Positions 30,486 through 42,300 of a stretch of DNA of 64,000 bases are shown here, in pieces. The stretch spans positions 1 to 64,000 of the forward strand of contig CAVQSP010000014.1 in NCBI GenBank assembly GCA_963715985.1, read 5' to 3'. Source of the DNA: an uncultured Thermoleophilia bacterium (lineage in GTDB: Bacteria; Actinomycetota; Thermoleophilia; UBA2241). Each line of letters opens with the position of its first letter. Positions within the stretch are counted from its first letter, which is position 1. Below the pieces are notes generated by a model that saw only the letters and a list, made by a program, of their open reading frames with translations, was not told the origin of the DNA and ran no database searches. The position numbers were made by a program, and so were the translations under genes.

Positions 30486-33019
30486 GTGCCGTATCGCTTG
30501 AACGACCGCCGCCCAGAAGTCCGCTCCGCCCTCCCGCTCCTCCTCTTCCCGCTTGTGCTTCTTGTCACGTTCGTCGCGCTCGCCGCGCCGGCGCTGGCGT
30601 ACGACCCGTGGGAGCATGGGGGCGCCAGGGAGTCCACCTGCGACTCCAGTGGCTGCCACAGGGATCAGACGCCGAGCAACTCAGCCTGTCTGGCCTCAGG
30701 CTGCCATGCGAGCTACGCGACGTCGGGCGCGAAGAAGTGCTGGGACTGTCACCGCCCCGGCTCCGCGCCTTCGGTGGATTGCTCCGGGAGCTGCCACCTC
30801 GCCAGCGCGGGCGGGGAGGATCATCTCGTATTCCGTCGCCTTCACGCACGGCGCCACGCCGCACCTCGGGGCCTCCGGCTACGGCAAGACCTGCGAGGAC
30901 TGCCACGGCGGCGGCGCCCATCACGACTCCGCCGCCGCCGCCGAGCCCACCTGCGCGCAGTGCCACAACGGCACCTACGCCAAGCTCCCGCCCGCCTCGC
31001 ACAACGACGGCAAGCACACGAACTGCACCAGTTGCCACACGGGGATGAAGCATCCCGTCCGGCGACTGTGCTTCCTGCCACGTCGGCAATCCCTCGTCCG
31101 GCGGCCCGCAGGTCACCTACTCGAACAACCTGACGTGCGCCGACGCCGCCTGCCACGCCAAGGTCAAGAACCACGCCGGCACGCCGATCAGCGCCGCCGC
31201 CTGCACCACCTGCCACACCGCCCACTACCAGTCGCTCGGCACCTGCACCAAGTGCCACGCCAACCCGCAGACGTTCCACCACGCGACCGCGAAGGCGATC
31301 CCCCTGAGCTCCTGCGCCACCTGTCACAACGGCAGCATCGCCAAGGCGCCGCCCGGGCACGCGACCTTCGGCACCAATTGCGCGAGCTGCCACACGGGCA
31401 TGAACCGTCCCACCGGCAATTGCGCTTCCTGCCACGTCGGCAACCCCTCGTCCGGCGGCCCGCAGGTCACCTACTCGAACAACCTGACGTGCGCCGACGC
31501 CGCCTGCCACGCCAAGGTCAAGAACCACGCCGGCACGCCGATCAGCGCCGCCGCCTGCACCACCTGCCATACCGCCCACTACGAGACGCTGGGCACCTGC
31601 ACGAAGTGCCACGCGGATCCGCAGACGTTCCACCACGCCACCGCGAAGGCGATCCCCCTGAGCTCCTGCGCCACCTGCCACAACGGCAGCATCGCCAAGG
31701 CGCCGCCCGGGCACGCGACTTTCGGCACCAACTGCGCGAGCTGCCACACGGGCATGAACCGCCCCTCCGGCGACTGCGCCACCTGCCACGTCGGCAAGCC
31801 GTCGTCGGGCGCTCCGCAGGTCACGTACACCAACTCGCTGTCGTGCGCTGACGCCGGCTGTCACGCCAAGGTCAAGAACCACGCCGGCACGCCGATCACA
31901 GCCGCCGCCTGCACCACCTGCCACGCCGCCCACTACGAGACGCTGGGCACCTGCACGAAGTGCCACGCGGATCCGCAGACGTTCCATCACGGCACCGCCA
32001 AGCCGATCGCGCTCAACGACTGCGCGACCTGCCACGACGGCAAGATCGCCCGGGCGCCGTCCAAACACGAGAGCTATGGCACGGCGTGCACCAGTTGTCA
32101 CAAGGGCATGGACATCCCGTCGGGCAGCTGCCTCACGTGCCACAGCAAGGCGCAGGGCAAGCTCCCGCCGGTGACGTACACGAACGAGTTGTCCTGCGCC
32201 GACGCGCAGTGCCACGGCAAGATCAAGAACCACGCCGGCACCAGCATCGCCGCCGCCTCCTGCACCACGTGCCACAAGGCGCACTACGAGAAGCTCGGCA
32301 AGTGCTCCACGTGCCATGCCGAGCCGCTCAAGTACCACCACGGTACGACCAGGGCCGTGCCGCTCAAGGAGTGCGCCACCTGCCACAACGGCACGCTCGC
32401 GCCGGCAAAGCAGTCCCACGCCGGTCTCTCGTGCAGCTCGTGCCACGAGACGATGGCGGCTCCTCGCGTGCCCGCCAAGTGCCAGACCTGCCACGAGAAG
32501 GCGACCTTCGGCTCGGCCACCTGCACCGCCTGCCACAGCAAGACCTCGGGCATGTTCGGCGACAGGGAGCAGGTCCACCTCAAGGACCCCAAGGTCGCCT
32601 GCACCACCTGCCACGACAAGCCGCACTACCAGGACGTCGGCACCTGCGACAGCTGCCACGGCAGCCACGCGGAAGCCCATCACGCGCAGGCCACGCCGGC
32701 CCCCACCAAGCTCACGGTCAGGGTCTCCAAGAAGCGCGTGAAGACGGGCACGACGATCCGTGTCGGCGGCACCCTCACCGGCGCCGCCGGCCCTCTGGCC
32801 GACCAGAAGGTCCTGCTCCAGGCGCGCAAGAGCTCGGTCAAGGGCAGCGCCTTCAAGACCGTCTCCACGCTGACCACCGGCGCCGACGGCAAGTACGGGC
32901 GCGCCCTGCGCGTGCGCACCTCGATGCAGTACCGCGTTGTCTTCAAGGCCGCCGGCGACATCGGCCTCCAGCAGGATCCGGCGGTCAAGCTCGCCAGAGT
33001 GCGGGTGACGCGTCGCTGA
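30486..33019 (+). CDS. Large secreted multiheme c-type cytochrome (~35 heme-binding motifs) with C-terminal Ig-like domain; frameshifts near 30820 and 31055
   Basis: Signal peptide ending ALAAPALA; manual count of 28 CxxCH, 1 Cx3CH and 6 Cx4CH across three frames; Lys/Arg-rich beta-sandwich C-terminus. Confidence 0.88.
31045..32440 (+). repeat. About four tandem 354-nt (118-aa) hexaheme repeats
   Basis: Units begin at Met codons 31045, 31400, 31754 and 32108; the first two are nearly identical at DNA level. Confidence 0.88.
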
Positions 33020-33024
33020 CGTGA

Positions 33025-33065
33025 GCGCCGGGCGGGCGGGGACGCCCGCCCGGCGCCCTTCTGTT
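33025..33065 (+). terminator. Intrinsic terminator after the cytochrome gene
   Basis: GCGCCGGGCGGGCG-ggga-CGCCCGCCCGGCGC followed by CCTTCTGTT. Confidence 0.7.
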
Positions 33066-33207
33066 CGACGCCCACACCGGCGTCGTGTATACTCCCCTGC
33101 GCCATCAAGCGGGAGCTTGCGAGCCCCCCACCCTGCGCCCTCAGTTGGTCGACAGGGTCCGTCACGAGAAAGGAGATCGTGAGGGCTCGCCGTCGGCGAG
33201 CCTTTTT
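33065..33207 (+). promoter_or_regulatory. infC promoter and structured leader with terminator/attenuator hairpin (L20-leader-like)
   Basis: TCGACG-N17-TATACT; leader AAGCGG...CCCACC...GGTC; hairpin GGCTCGCC-gtc-GGCGAGCC-TTTTT at 33184-33207. Confidence 0.6.
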
Positions 33208-33246
33208 CCGTCTATGGGCAGACCATTTTCTCCGAGAGATAGGTTC

Positions 33247-33771
33247 ATGCGAGAGCGGGCCAACGAGCCACGCATCCGCATCAACGACGGCATCACCGTG
33301 TCGCAGGTCCGACTGATCGATGAGAAGGGCGAGCAACTCGGCATCAAGCCCATCCGCTTCGCCCAGGACTACGCGGCCGACAAGGGCCTCGACCTGGTCG
33401 AGGTAGCGGCTCAGGCAGACCCACCGGTGTGCCGGGTCATGAACTACAGCAAGTACCGCTACGAGCTCGAGCTCAAGGCGAAGCAGGCGCGCAAGCATCA
33501 GAGCCAGATCGTGATCAAAGAGATCAAGTTCCGGCCCAAGGTGGGCGTGCACGACTACGAGACCAAGAAGGGCCACGTGCTGCGCTTCCTGGAGCACAAG
33601 GACAAGGTCAAGGTCACGATCATGTTCCGCGGCCGTGAGATGGTCCATCCCGAGCGGGGCGAGCAGCTGCTCATGCGGCTCGCCGAAGATGTCAAAGAAC
33701 ACGGCGTCATCGAGTCCATGCCCAATCTCGACGGGCGCAACATGGTCATGATGCTGGCGCCGGTGAAGTAG
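33247..33771 (+). CDS. infC: Translation initiation factor IF-3 (start codon uncertain)
   Basis: RINDGI..VRLID..GEQLG, LDLVEVA..A.PPVCR, KEIKFRPK, KVKVTIMFRGRE. Confidence 0.97.
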   Translation: MRERANEPRIRINDGITVSQVRLIDEKGEQLGIKPIRFAQDYAADKGLDLVEVAAQADPPVCRVMNYSKYRYELELKAKQARKHQSQIVIKEIKFRPKVGVHDYETKKGHVLRFLEHKDKVKVTIMFRGREMVHPERGEQLLMRLAEDVKEHGVIESMPNLDGRNMVMMLAPVK

Positions 33772-33786
33772 CGGGAGAGGGTGCGT

Positions 33787-33984
33787 ATGCCGAAGACAAA
33801 GACACACAGCGCCACGAAGAAGCGCTTTCGTCTCACGGGCAGCGGCAAGCTTGTCCGTCGCCATGGGATGAAGAGTCACCTCCTGGAGCACAAGTCCGCG
33901 AAGCGCAAGCGGGGCTTCCGCAAGATGAACGACGTCAGCCAGGCCGATTCCAAGGGGATCAAGCGCCTGCTCGGGCTCCGCTGA
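33787..33984 (+). CDS. rpmI: 50S ribosomal protein L35
   Basis: [21 protein letters not shown]. Confidence 0.97.
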   Translation: MPKTKTHSATKKRFRLTGSGKLVRRHGMKSHLLEHKSAKRKRGFRKMNDVSQADSKGIKRLLGLR

Positions 33985-34013
33985 GCCCGCACTAGTTCCA
34001 AGGAGTACGAACA

Positions 34014-34376
34014 ATGTCTCGAGTCAAACGAAGCGTCTCCGCGCGCAAGAAGCGCCGCAAGGTCCTCGAGCAGGCCAAGGGCTACCGCGCTACTAAGAAC
34101 TCCAGTTACAAGCGCGCCAAGGAGCAGGTACAGCGCAGCGGCCAGTACGCCTATCGCGACCGCCGCGTGCGCAAGCGTGAGTTCCGCAAGCTGTGGATCA
34201 TCCGTATCAATGCGGGCGCCCGCGAGAACGGCCTCTCGTACAACCAGTTCATGCACGGCCTCCAACTCGCCGACGTGGAGCTCGATCGCAAGATGCTGGC
34301 CGAGATCGCCGTCAGCGATCCCAAGTACTTCGCCTCGCTCGTCGATCAGGCGCGCGCGGCCCTCGAAGCGGCCTGA
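34014..34376 (+). CDS. rplT: 50S ribosomal protein L20
   Basis: MSRVKR...AKGYR...[21 protein letters not shown]. Confidence 0.98.
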   Translation: MSRVKRSVSARKKRRKVLEQAKGYRATKNSSYKRAKEQVQRSGQYAYRDRRVRKREFRKLWIIRINAGARENGLSYNQFMHGLQLADVELDRKMLAEIAVSDPKYFASLVDQARAALEAA

Positions 34377-35272
34377 GCGCCGGCGGGGCAGGCGAGCAGC
34401 TTGGGGTTTTAGGCGAGCCACTCGGCAGCACGCAGAACGCCCTCGTCAAGAGGGCGGCGTCGCTGCGGCAGCGTAAGTTCCGTGAACGGGAAGGCGCCTT
34501 CCTCGTGGAAGGCGCCGACCTCGTCGCGGCCGGCCTCGCGGCCGGCCGCCGGCCCCAGGTCGTGTTCGTGCGCGCGGAGCGCGCCGACGACCTGGTCGAG
34601 CGGCTGGGGCTGAGCGGCGGCGGCGCTGCCGCCGGCCCGCCACCGGCCGTGTACCCGGTCGCCGAGCACGTCGCACACAAGATCGGCACGCTCGAGTCGC
34701 CGGCCGACGTGCTGGCCGTGTTCGACCTGCCCGCGCGGCGGCCGTTCACGCTGGCGCCGGGCGCCACGGACACGCTGGTCGTGTACGCCGACGGCATCGG
34801 CGACCCCGGCAATCTGGGCACGCTCCTGCGTGCCGCCGTCGCCTTCGGCGCCGCCGCGTTCGTCACGGCGCCGGGGTCCGCCGACCTGTACGGCCCCAAG
34901 ACGGTGCGCGCCGGCATGGGCGCAGTGTTCGCGCTGCCGCTCTACCCGGAGGTCAAGCTCGCCGACCTCGTCGCGCGCCTGCCGGGCGCCGGCGTATACG
35001 GGCTCGCCGCCCACGGCGGCGAGCCGCTCTCCGGCGCCGATCTGCGGTGCCCGGCCGTCCTCGTGGTGGGCGCCGAGCGCGCCGGCGTCTCCGAGCAGGC
35101 GCGCCCGCTCGTCACGCGCACGCTCACCATCCCGCTGGCGCCGGACCGCCCCGCCTCCGTGGAGTCTCTCAACGCCGGCGTGGCCGGCGCCATCGCCCTG
35201 TACGAGTTCTCGCGCCACCTCGGCGCCGCCAACGACCCGCCGCCCACGCCCGCGGCGCCCCAGGAAGGATGA
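34373..35272 (+). CDS. TrmH/SpoU family RNA methyltransferase (start uncertain)
   Basis: [27 protein letters not shown]...ESLNAGVA. Confidence 0.9.
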   Translation: MSAGGAGEQLGVLGEPLGSTQNALVKRAASLRQRKFREREGAFLVEGADLVAAGLAAGRRPQVVFVRAERADDLVERLGLSGGGAAAGPPPAVYPVAEHVAHKIGTLESPADVLAVFDLPARRPFTLAPGATDTLVVYADGIGDPGNLGTLLRAAVAFGAAAFVTAPGSADLYGPKTVRAGMGAVFALPLYPEVKLADLVARLPGAGVYGLAAHGGEPLSGADLRCPAVLVVGAERAGVSEQARPLVTRTLTIPLAPDRPASVESLNAGVAGAIALYEFSRHLGAANDPPPTPAAPQEG

Positions 35273-36366
35273 CCATGGACGACGCCCACCTGCAGGAGCT
35301 GAAGCAGCGAGCCCCGGGTCTGGCGGCCATCTACCACACCGGCCGCGAGACCATCCTGCACGCCGCCGACCTCGAGGCGCTCGAGCACGCCCGCGTCACC
35401 ACGCTCGGGCGCAAGAGCGCCCTCACCGACCTCTTGCGCTCGATCCCGTCGCTGCCCGAGGCCGAGCGGCCCCTGGTGGGCAAGGGCGGCAACCTCATCC
35501 GCAAGGAGCTCGAGGAGCTCGTGGAGCAGCGCGAGGCCGAGCTCAAGCGCGAGGCGCTCACGGCCTCTCTGGAGGGCGAGCACCTGGACGTCACGCTGCC
35601 AGGACAGGCGTTCCCGGCGGGCCACGAGCACCTCATCAGCCAGACGATGCGCGAGGTGGAGGACATCTTCATCGGCCTCGGATACCAGATCGCGGAGGGC
35701 CCGGAGGTCGAGCTCGACTACTACAACTTCACCGCCCTCAACACGCCGCCCAGCCACCCCGCACGGTCCGCCCACGACACCTTCTGGGTCGTCGAGCAGC
35801 GCGAGACCATGCCCGAGGCGGTCGTGGACGCCGACCGTGGCGTCCTGCTGCGCACCCACACCTCGCCCGTCCAGGTGCGCGTCATGGAGCAGCAGCAGCC
35901 GCCGGTGTACGTGGTGTGCCTCGGCAAGGTGTACCGGCGCGACTCGGACGCCACGCACACGCCCATGTTCCACCAGGTCGAGGGCCTCGTCGTGGACGAG
36001 GGCATCACTCTGGCCGACCTCAAGGGCACCGTGGCGCATTTCACGCGCGAGTTCTTCGGGCCGCACCGCAGCATCCGCGTGCGGCCGCACTTCTTCCCGT
36101 TCACGGAGCCCAGCATAGAGGTCGACGTCAACTGCGAGCTGTGCGGCGGCACGGGCTGCCGCTCGTGCAAGCACTCCGGCTGGCTGGAGATCATGGGTGC
36201 CGGCATGGTGGACCCGGCGCTGTACGAGTTCGTCGACTACGACGCGGAGCGCTACACGGGCTTCGCCTTCGGCATGGGCGTGGAACGCATGGCGATGCTG
36301 AAGCACGGCATCCCCGACCTGCGCCTGTTCTACGACAACGACGTCCGCTTCCTGCGGCAGTTCTGA
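35269..36366 (+). CDS. pheS: Phenylalanine--tRNA ligase alpha subunit
   Basis: HPARSAHDTF, LRTHTSPVQ, HTPMFHQVEG, FPFTEPS, GFAFGMGVER. Confidence 0.98.
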   Translation: MTMDDAHLQELKQRAPGLAAIYHTGRETILHAADLEALEHARVTTLGRKSALTDLLRSIPSLPEAERPLVGKGGNLIRKELEELVEQREAELKREALTASLEGEHLDVTLPGQAFPAGHEHLISQTMREVEDIFIGLGYQIAEGPEVELDYYNFTALNTPPSHPARSAHDTFWVVEQRETMPEAVVDADRGVLLRTHTSPVQVRVMEQQQPPVYVVCLGKVYRRDSDATHTPMFHQVEGLVVDEGITLADLKGTVAHFTREFFGPHRSIRVRPHFFPFTEPSIEVDVNCELCGGTGCRSCKHSGWLEIMGAGMVDPALYEFVDYDAERYTGFAFGMGVERMAMLKHGIPDLRLFYDNDVRFLRQF

Positions 36367-36382
36367 GAGGAGGCGGAAAGAG

Positions 36383-38857
36383 ATGCGCGTACCGTTCAGC
36401 TGGATCAAGGAGTACGTCGACTGGCGCGGCACCGTGGAGGAGCTCGCGGAGCTGCTCACCATGTCGGGCACCGAGGTGGAGGGCATCGACTGGGTCGGCG
36501 CCCCTCGCGACCCCGAGAACCTCCGCCGCTTCGTGGTGGGCAAGGTGCTCACCCGCGACCGGCACCCCAACGCCGACAAGCTGAGCCTCTGCACCGTGGA
36601 GGTCGGCGAGGCCAACGGCGGTGTGCGGCAGATCGTCTGCGGCGCCGACAACTTCCAGGCCGGCGACACCGTCGCCGTGTCGCTCAGCGGCGCCGTGCTC
36701 GAGAACGGCCTCAAGCTCAAGAAGGCCAACCTGCGCGGCGTCGAGAGTGACGGCATGATGATGAGCGAGCAGGAGCTCGGGTACGAGGAGAAGAGCCCGG
36801 GCATCGTCGTGCTGCCGGACGAGTGGATCGTCGGGCAGCCGCTGCAGGACTACCTGCCCGTGAGCGAGGCGGTGCTCGAGCTGGAGCTCACCTCCAACCG
36901 CCCGGACTGCTTCAGCATCTACGGCATCGCCCGCGAGGTCGCGGCGGCGGCCCGCCTGGAGCTGGCGCCGCCGCCCACCGCCGGCCCGGCGGCCTTCGGC
37001 GGCGCCCCGGCTGAGGGCGCCATCGTCGTCGAGATCGCCGACCCGGACCTCTGCCCCCGGTACGGCGCCACCGTCATTCGCGGCGTCGCCATGGGCGACT
37101 CGCCGCCGTGGCTCAAGGCGCGTCTCACGCACGCCGGCATGCGGCCGATCAGCAACGTCGTCGACGTCACCAACTACGTCATGCTGGCCTGGGGCCAGCC
37201 CTTGCATGCGTTCGACGCCGGCAAGATCCGCGGCGACAAGCTCATCGCCCGTCGCGCCACCCCCGGCGAGAAGGTCGTCACCCTCGACGGGGTGGAGCGC
37301 ACTCTCGACGAGCACATGCTCGTCATCGCCGACGTGGAGCGCCCGCTGGTCATCGCCGGCGTCTTCGGCAGCGTCGACGCCGAGATCGACGAGCACACCG
37401 CGGACATCGTGCTCGAAGCCGCCAACTTCGCCGGCCCGAGCATCCTGCGCACGGAGATGCACACCGGCATCCGTAGTGAGGCCAGCAACCGCTTCGAGAA
37501 GGGCATCGACGCCGATCTCGTGCCGGGCGCGCTGGACTTCGCCGACAGGCTGTTCGCGGAGCTCTGCGGCGGCACGGTCGCGCCGGGCATGGTCGATGTC
37601 GGCAGCGTGCCGAGCGGCGCCCACGGCGCTGTCGTACCGGCCGGCCAGGAGCGACACCCTGCTCGGCTACGCGGTGCCTGCCGCCGAGCAGGCGGGCATC
37701 CTGCGCCGTCTTGACTGCGAGGTGGAGGAGAACGGGGAGGAGTGGGCGGTCACGCCGCCTACATTCCGCCCGGACCTCATCCGCGAGGTGGACCTCATCG
37801 AAGAGGTCGGGCGCATCGCCGGCTACGACCTCTCGCCGGAGACGCTGCCGCGGCACACCACGTGCGGCGGGCTCACCGAGCTGCAGAAGGTGCGGCGCAC
37901 GGTGCGCGCCGCCCTCGCCGGCTGCGGCCTGGACGAGGTCATCACCTACTCGTTCGTGGCTCCCGATGCGGTGGCGCCGTTCGGGCTGCCTGAGGGCGAC
38001 ATCCGCCTGGACCCGGTGCGTCTCTCCAACCCGATGAGCGTCGAGCAGTCGGTGATGCGCACCATGACGCTGCCGGGCCTGCTCGGCGTGGTGCGCGCCA
38101 ACATCGACAGGCTCAACGACCCGCCCAACATCTTCGAGATCGGCAAGGTGTACCTGTGGGACGAGCCCGTCCCGGCGCCGGCGCACGCCGCCGAACCCGG
38201 CGCCATGCTCCCGCACGAGCCCGAGGTCGTCGGCATCGTGCTCGCCGGTCTGCTGGAGGCTGAGAACTGGACGGGCGCGTGCCGCCCCACGGACTTCTAC
38301 ACGCTCAAGGGCGTCGTGGACGCGATGCTCGCGGCCGTGCGGCTGCGCGGCGAGTACACGCCGCTCGGCGACCAGGCTGCCCACTTCCCCTACCTGCATC
38401 CCGGCAAGGCGGCGCTGGTCAACGTGCCGGGCGCCGGCGGCACGGGTGTGCTGGGGCAACTGCGCCCGGACGTGGCCGCCGCCTTCGGCCTGGAAGACCT
38501 CGCCGTGTACGTCGCCACGCTCAACGGACGCTTCGCGACGCCGCCCTGCAGACGGCGGCCTTCGCCGACCTCGGCACGTACCCGCCGGCGTCGCAGGACC
38601 TCGCCGTCGTGGTCGGCCGCGGCGTGCCGGCCGCCGACGTCGTGGAGCAGGCGCGCCGCGCCGGCGGCAAGCTGGTGCGCAGCGTGCGCGTCTTCGACGT
38701 GTACGAGGGCGACCAGGTGCCGGGCGACAAGCGCTCTCTGGCCCTGCGCGTCGTCATGGGCTCGCCGGAGCGCACGCTGACGGAGAAGGACATCGCCGGC
38801 GTACGCGCCAAGATCCTCAAAGCGCTCGAGCGGGAGTTCCAGGCCACGCTGCGCTGA
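36383..38857 (+). CDS. pheT: Phenylalanine--tRNA ligase beta subunit, frameshifts near 37610 and 38530
   Basis: HPNADKL, NRPDCFS..GIARE, NVVDVTNYVM, RFEKG, DLIEEVGRI.GY, FDVYEG....GDKRSLA. Confidence 0.95.
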
Positions 38858-39393
38858 TCGGCGCAGCTCGCCTCGGTCGTCAACCCGACGATGATAGGTG
38901 CAGCCCTGATTCCGGGCATCCGTTGTCAGGTCAGGCGACGCATTCCCTTTTCGTGGACGTGACCACTCGAGTAGGATGCGCGGGAGAGAGGCGTTCGAAG
39001 GGTCTTCGCAGGTGGGCAGTAGGTGGCTTGGGCAAGCCACACCACTACCCTCGATGCCGGCCATCGGTGCGGGGACCCTGCGAATCTGAGGGGAACATGG
39101 GGTACCGCCCAGTCGACAGTCGTTGCGCACCTTCCCCGACGATCTCGCAGACGTCGGCCGGCGGCCTGGAAATGCCGCCCCGTTCATCTGTGAGGGATCG
39201 GCGGGCTATCGCGCGTCGCGTGCCGGCGCCGCCTCGCCTCTCGACCTCACCGCCCGCCACTACCCGTCAATCTCGCTTCCCGCGCTCGACGAGTCCGTCC
39301 GGCGCGCTCTGCACGCTGCCGCTTGAGGGTACCGCGGCATCTCTGCCTCGCGACCGTGGGTCGCGGGCGGCCTTCTGAAGGGGGTAAGGGGTA

Positions 39394-42300
39394 ATGGAGA
39401 AACCAAAACATTCACACGCTCTCGCCTACGTCCTGATCATCGCGCTGGTGCTGTTAGGCGCCTTCTCAGCCATAGCGGCCGCGGCGTCCGAGCGCAGCCC
39501 GGAAGCCTCGGCGTCCTCGGCTTCCGGGCAAGGCTCGGCAGACAACGCCGCCTCGAGCACTCGTCTGATGGCCGCGGCGGGTCCCTTGGCGGCCAGTGTC
39601 ACGGTCATCAAGGAAGTGGCACTGAACACTCCGGAGTTCCTCGACGAGCCGGGCGGTGCCTTCACCTTCACCCTGACGATCTCGAACCTGGGCGCTGATG
39701 CAGTGACGGTCCAGACCGTCACGGACATCCTGGACGGTCAGCCGCTGGTTCCGACGCCACCAGAGCTGCTGGTGTTGGAGGGGCAGCCGATCCCATCGAA
39801 CGGGTCCCTGACCGCGACCTTCTCGATCGTGGTGAAGGAGCCGGTGGACGGTAACGGCACTCCTCACGAGAACGGTGCCGAGGTCACGGTGGTCGACGCC
39901 CAGAACGTGCCCACGACGGTCGTCACGGACTCGCCGGCGTACTTCTGGGTCGATGATCTACGCCCCACCGTCACCATCCAGAGGCTCATCACGTCGCAGC
40001 CACCGTTCCTCGAGCTGGCCACGGTCAACTACACGCTTCGCATCACCAACACGAGCGTCGAGCCGGTCCTGATCACCCAGCTCGTGGATACCTTCCAGCC
40101 GACGAACTCGTTTCCCGGCATCGTCGGCAAGACGTGGCTGCAGCCAAACGGGTTCCTGGACATCCCGCTCACGGTCGGTCCTCTCGACGCCGGCGGCTAC
40201 TACGAGTGGGCCGAGGTCGTGGTGGAAGACAACGAAGGCAACCAGGTCACGCAGAGTGACAACCGCTTCCCCACCACTCTCACTCTGAGGGTGCAGGACG
40301 TCTTCCCGACGGTCACCATCTCCAAGACGGTCGACAGGACCTCGCTTCCTGCGCCTGCGACATTCAACTACACGCTCATCATCACGAACACGAGCCCTGA
40401 GCGTGTCCAAATCACCGACCTCTCCGACTCGCAATCCTTCGACCCCGGAGGCTGGGTCGGGGAATGGCTTGCCGCGGGCGAGGTCCTCTCTATTCCGTAC
40501 TCGGTCACCTATGACGCACCGGGGACATACGTGAACGACGTGTGGCTGTCGGTCATGGACAACGAGCTCAACCAGTTCGACGCCCCCATCGCCTCGCAGT
40601 CGGTCACGGTGGTCCCCGCGGCCCCGGCGCTCTCGCTGGTCAAGAGCGCGAGCCCGGCGACCTACGACACACTCGGCCAGGTGATCACCTACAGTTACAC
40701 CTTGACCAACACCGGCAACGTGACGCTGGTCGGGCCCTTCACGGTGACCGACGACAAGGCGGTGGCGGCTCCCACGCTGCCGCTGCCCATCACCTTGGCT
40801 CCGGCCGCCAGCATCGACTTCTCGGCCACCCACACGATCACCCAGGCCGACCTCGACGCCGGCTCGGTGAAGAACACCGCCACCGGCGCCGGGAAGTTCG
40901 GCAACGCCACCGTGACCTCCAACCAGGCGACGGCCACCGTGACCGCCACCCAGACCCCGGCGCTCTCGCTGGTCAAGAGCGCGAGCCCGGCGACCTACGA
41001 CGCCGCCGGCCAGACCATCACCTACACCTACGTGCTGAAGAACACCGGCAACGTCACCCTCGCCGGCCCCTTCTCGGTCGCCGACGACAAGGTGACCGTG
41101 CCCGCCGCCGCCGGCCCCCTGGCGCCCGGTGCCTCGGTGCAGACCTCGGCCACCTACACCGTCACCCCGGCCGACCTCGACGCCGGCTCGGTGACCAACG
41201 CCGCCACAGCCTCGACCACGCTCGGTGGCAACCCGGTGACCTCCAACCAGGCGACGGCCACCGTGACCGCCACCCAGGCCCCGGCGCTCTCGCTGGTCAA
41301 GAGCGCGAGCCCGGCGACCTACGACACACTCGGCCAGGTGATCACCTACAGTTACACCTTGACCAACACCGGCAACGTGACGCTGGTCGGGCCCTTCACG
41401 GTGACCGACGACAAGGCGGTGGCGGCTCCCACGCTGCCGCTGCCCATCACCTTGGCTCCGGCCGCCAGCATCGACTTCTCGGCCACCCACACGATCACCC
41501 AGGCCGACCTCGACGCCGGCTCGGTGAAGAACACCGCCACCGGCGCCGGGAAGTTCGGCAACGCCACCGTGACCTCCAACCAGGCGACGGCCACCGTGAC
41601 CGCCACCCAGACCCCGGCGCTCTCGCTGATCAAGAGCGCGAGCCCGGCGACCTACGACGCCGCCGGCCAGACCATCACCTACACCTACGTGCTGAAGAAC
41701 ACCGGCAACGTCACCCTCGCCGGCCCCTTCTCGGTCACCGACGACAAGGTCGCGCCGGCGGACATCACCGTTCCTGCGACGCCGACCAGCCTGGCGCCCA
41801 ACGCCAGCATCACCGTCACCGGCGCCTACAAGATCACCCAGGCCGACCTCGACGCCGGCTCGGTGAAGAACACCGCCACCGGCGCCGGGAAGTTCGGCAA
41901 CGCCACCGTGACCTCCAACCAGGCGACGGCCACCGTGACCGCCACCCAGGCCCCGGCGCTCTCGCTGACCAAGAGCGCGAGCCCGGCGACCTACGACACA
42001 CTCGGCCAGGTGATCACCTACACCTACGTGCTGAAGAACACCGGCAACGTCACCCTCGCCGGCCCCTTCTCGGTCACCGACGACAAGGTCGCGCCGGCGG
42101 ACATCACCGTTCCTGCGACGCCGACCAGCCTGGCGCCCAACGCCAGCATCACCGTCACCGGCGCCTACAAGATCACCCAGGCCGACCTCGACGCCGGCTC
42201 GGTGAAGAACACCGCCACCGGTCACGCCGCCTTCGGCGGCAAGGACGTGCCCTCGAACAGAGCCAGTGCCACGATCACCGCGGCTTGCTGCGTCACGGCG

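Noticed and set aside
31045-32440. Regular repeats as a possible CRISPR array
   Set aside because: They are 354-nt in-frame coding repeats without unique spacers; the same applies to 40621-42280. No cas genes are present.
36383-38857. Programmed frameshifting in pheT, tyrS or argC
   Set aside because: No slippery sites; indels are scattered across unrelated genes, consistent with sequencing error.
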